Part shown: positions 63,901 through 64,000 of the stretch, one piece after another
How the letters are laid out: the number at the start of each line of letters is the position of its first letter
Numbering within the stretch: the stretch's first letter is position 1
DNA from: Oculina patagonica
Lineage: Eukaryota
Direction of reading: 5' to 3'
Assembly: GCF_052425735.1 (NCBI RefSeq)
Contig: NC_135764.1
Coordinates: forward strand, 24,118,001-24,182,000
Length of the DNA: 64,000 nt
Program-made: the position numbers and the translations under genes
The notes under the pieces: model-generated
The model's input: the letters and a program-made list of their open reading frames with translations, nothing else
Told to the model about the DNA's origin: nothing
Databases searched by the model: none

Positions 63901-64000
63901 TCGAGTGCGGTCTCGGAGCCAGGCATCCCCATTGCTGATCTTGTGTATACACGGATTCCACGGAAGGGGGTGGCTACACCACAGTACTTTAGAGAAGACT
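60976..64000 (-). mobile_element. Ty3/Gypsy LTR retrotransposon, 3' part (continues beyond the window)
   Basis: RT-RNaseH-integrase order. Polypurine tract AAAGGTGAGAAGAGG at about 61151-61136. Putative 3' LTR TG...CA at 61134-60976 containing ATTAAA. Confidence 0.9.
61341..63998 (-). CDS. pol: Gypsy Pol polyprotein (RT, RNase H, integrase), 5'-partial
   Basis: Open from the window edge. RT: MGMPGS, LADDL, ILGW, LRSFIG. RNase H: VTDGS, EVEAL, LTDSKP, N..SDFTSR. Integrase: H..H..CxxC zinc motif and D(FAAD)-D(RVDP)-E(VAEK). Confidence 0.92.
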   Translation of the reverse strand, partial: SSLKYCGVATPFRGIRVYTRSAMGMPGSETALEEMMCRVLGDLIQEGCVAKLADDLYCGGDTPETLLTNWRRVLEALDRCNLRLSPTKTVICPKSTTILGWIWSQGRLSASPHRIAVLQSCPPPQSVKGLRSFIGAYKVLSRVLPNCSDIVDPLESTLTGLQSNDKLLWDENLTFRFKRAQEYLSRHKSIVLPRPSDTLWIVTDGSVTKRGLGATLYVTRESHLSLAGFYSAKLRKHQVTWLPCEVEALSIAAAVKHFAPFIIQSQQPTTVLTDSKPCVQAIEKLCRGEFSASPRVTSFLTTVSRYQVSLQHLAGKANLPSDFTSRNAPDCSEPKCQICTFVHEMEDSVVRSVSIQDILDKKSNLPFTTRSAWLQIQNDCPDLRRVHAHLKQGTRPSKKITNIRDVKRYLSCTSIARDGVLVVKHSKPFVPVSEAIVVPRSVLDGLLTALHIKLNHPSRHQLQMVFQRQFFALDMSDAIFCVTSACHTCASLQSFPSTLVSQSSDDPPEVIGISFAADVIKRHRQFILVLRECSTSLTASCLIPDEKHDTLRDALTKLIVGLHPLDGPRAVIRVDPAPGFSSLSNNDSLEHLNVSIDVGRIKNKNHNPVAEKAVRELEEELLRQEPGGGPVGEVGLALATARLNSRLRFSGLSSLELWTQRNQFTHEQLPLSDYQLILDRHKHRSTNHAYSEKSKNPRGLVANTPPLQVGDIVYLFSDKDKSRARDRYVVVSIDTPWCFVKKFRGSQLRATSYKVKLSECYSVPSSIIVPSLPGPSAPPDMDVEPPVTPAVSPAPVHPVLPPPAPPELITIPSDEEQVPSFTSDDTPLDTISRSPSPVAVQDESSTSVAVTDQPLLSPPNFPDHPASRPQRQRRPPSHLQDYVRF

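Overview
AT-rich, intron-containing animal genomic DNA. Minicollagen genes and the MITE/SINE repertoire point to an anthozoan cnidarian, probably a stony coral. Most listed ORFs are spurious, so genes were rebuilt by hand from GT-AG sites with intron phases checked. From left to right: (1) the 3' end of a CYP3-clan cytochrome P450 and a decayed tandem P450 pseudogene; (2) two minicollagen genes, each with an unannotated secreted 4-exon gene on its 3' side; (3) a complete 9-exon NEMP1; (4) a 6-exon SPARC-family gene whose intron 4 holds a Tx1/L1-type LINE interrupted by a TTAA-flanked DNA element; (5) the pol gene and 3' LTR of an apparently young Gypsy element. The two unannotated genes are paralogues of each other. 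They have an FGF-like beta-trefoil sequence pattern and FGF-type intron phases, but lack the canonical FGF Cys and the basic heparin-binding patch. The best candidate for a new system is this duplicated [divergent FGF-like gene + minicollagen] cassette, with positionally matched POU4-type motifs at both minicollagen promoters. No searches or folding were run; family assignments are by eye.
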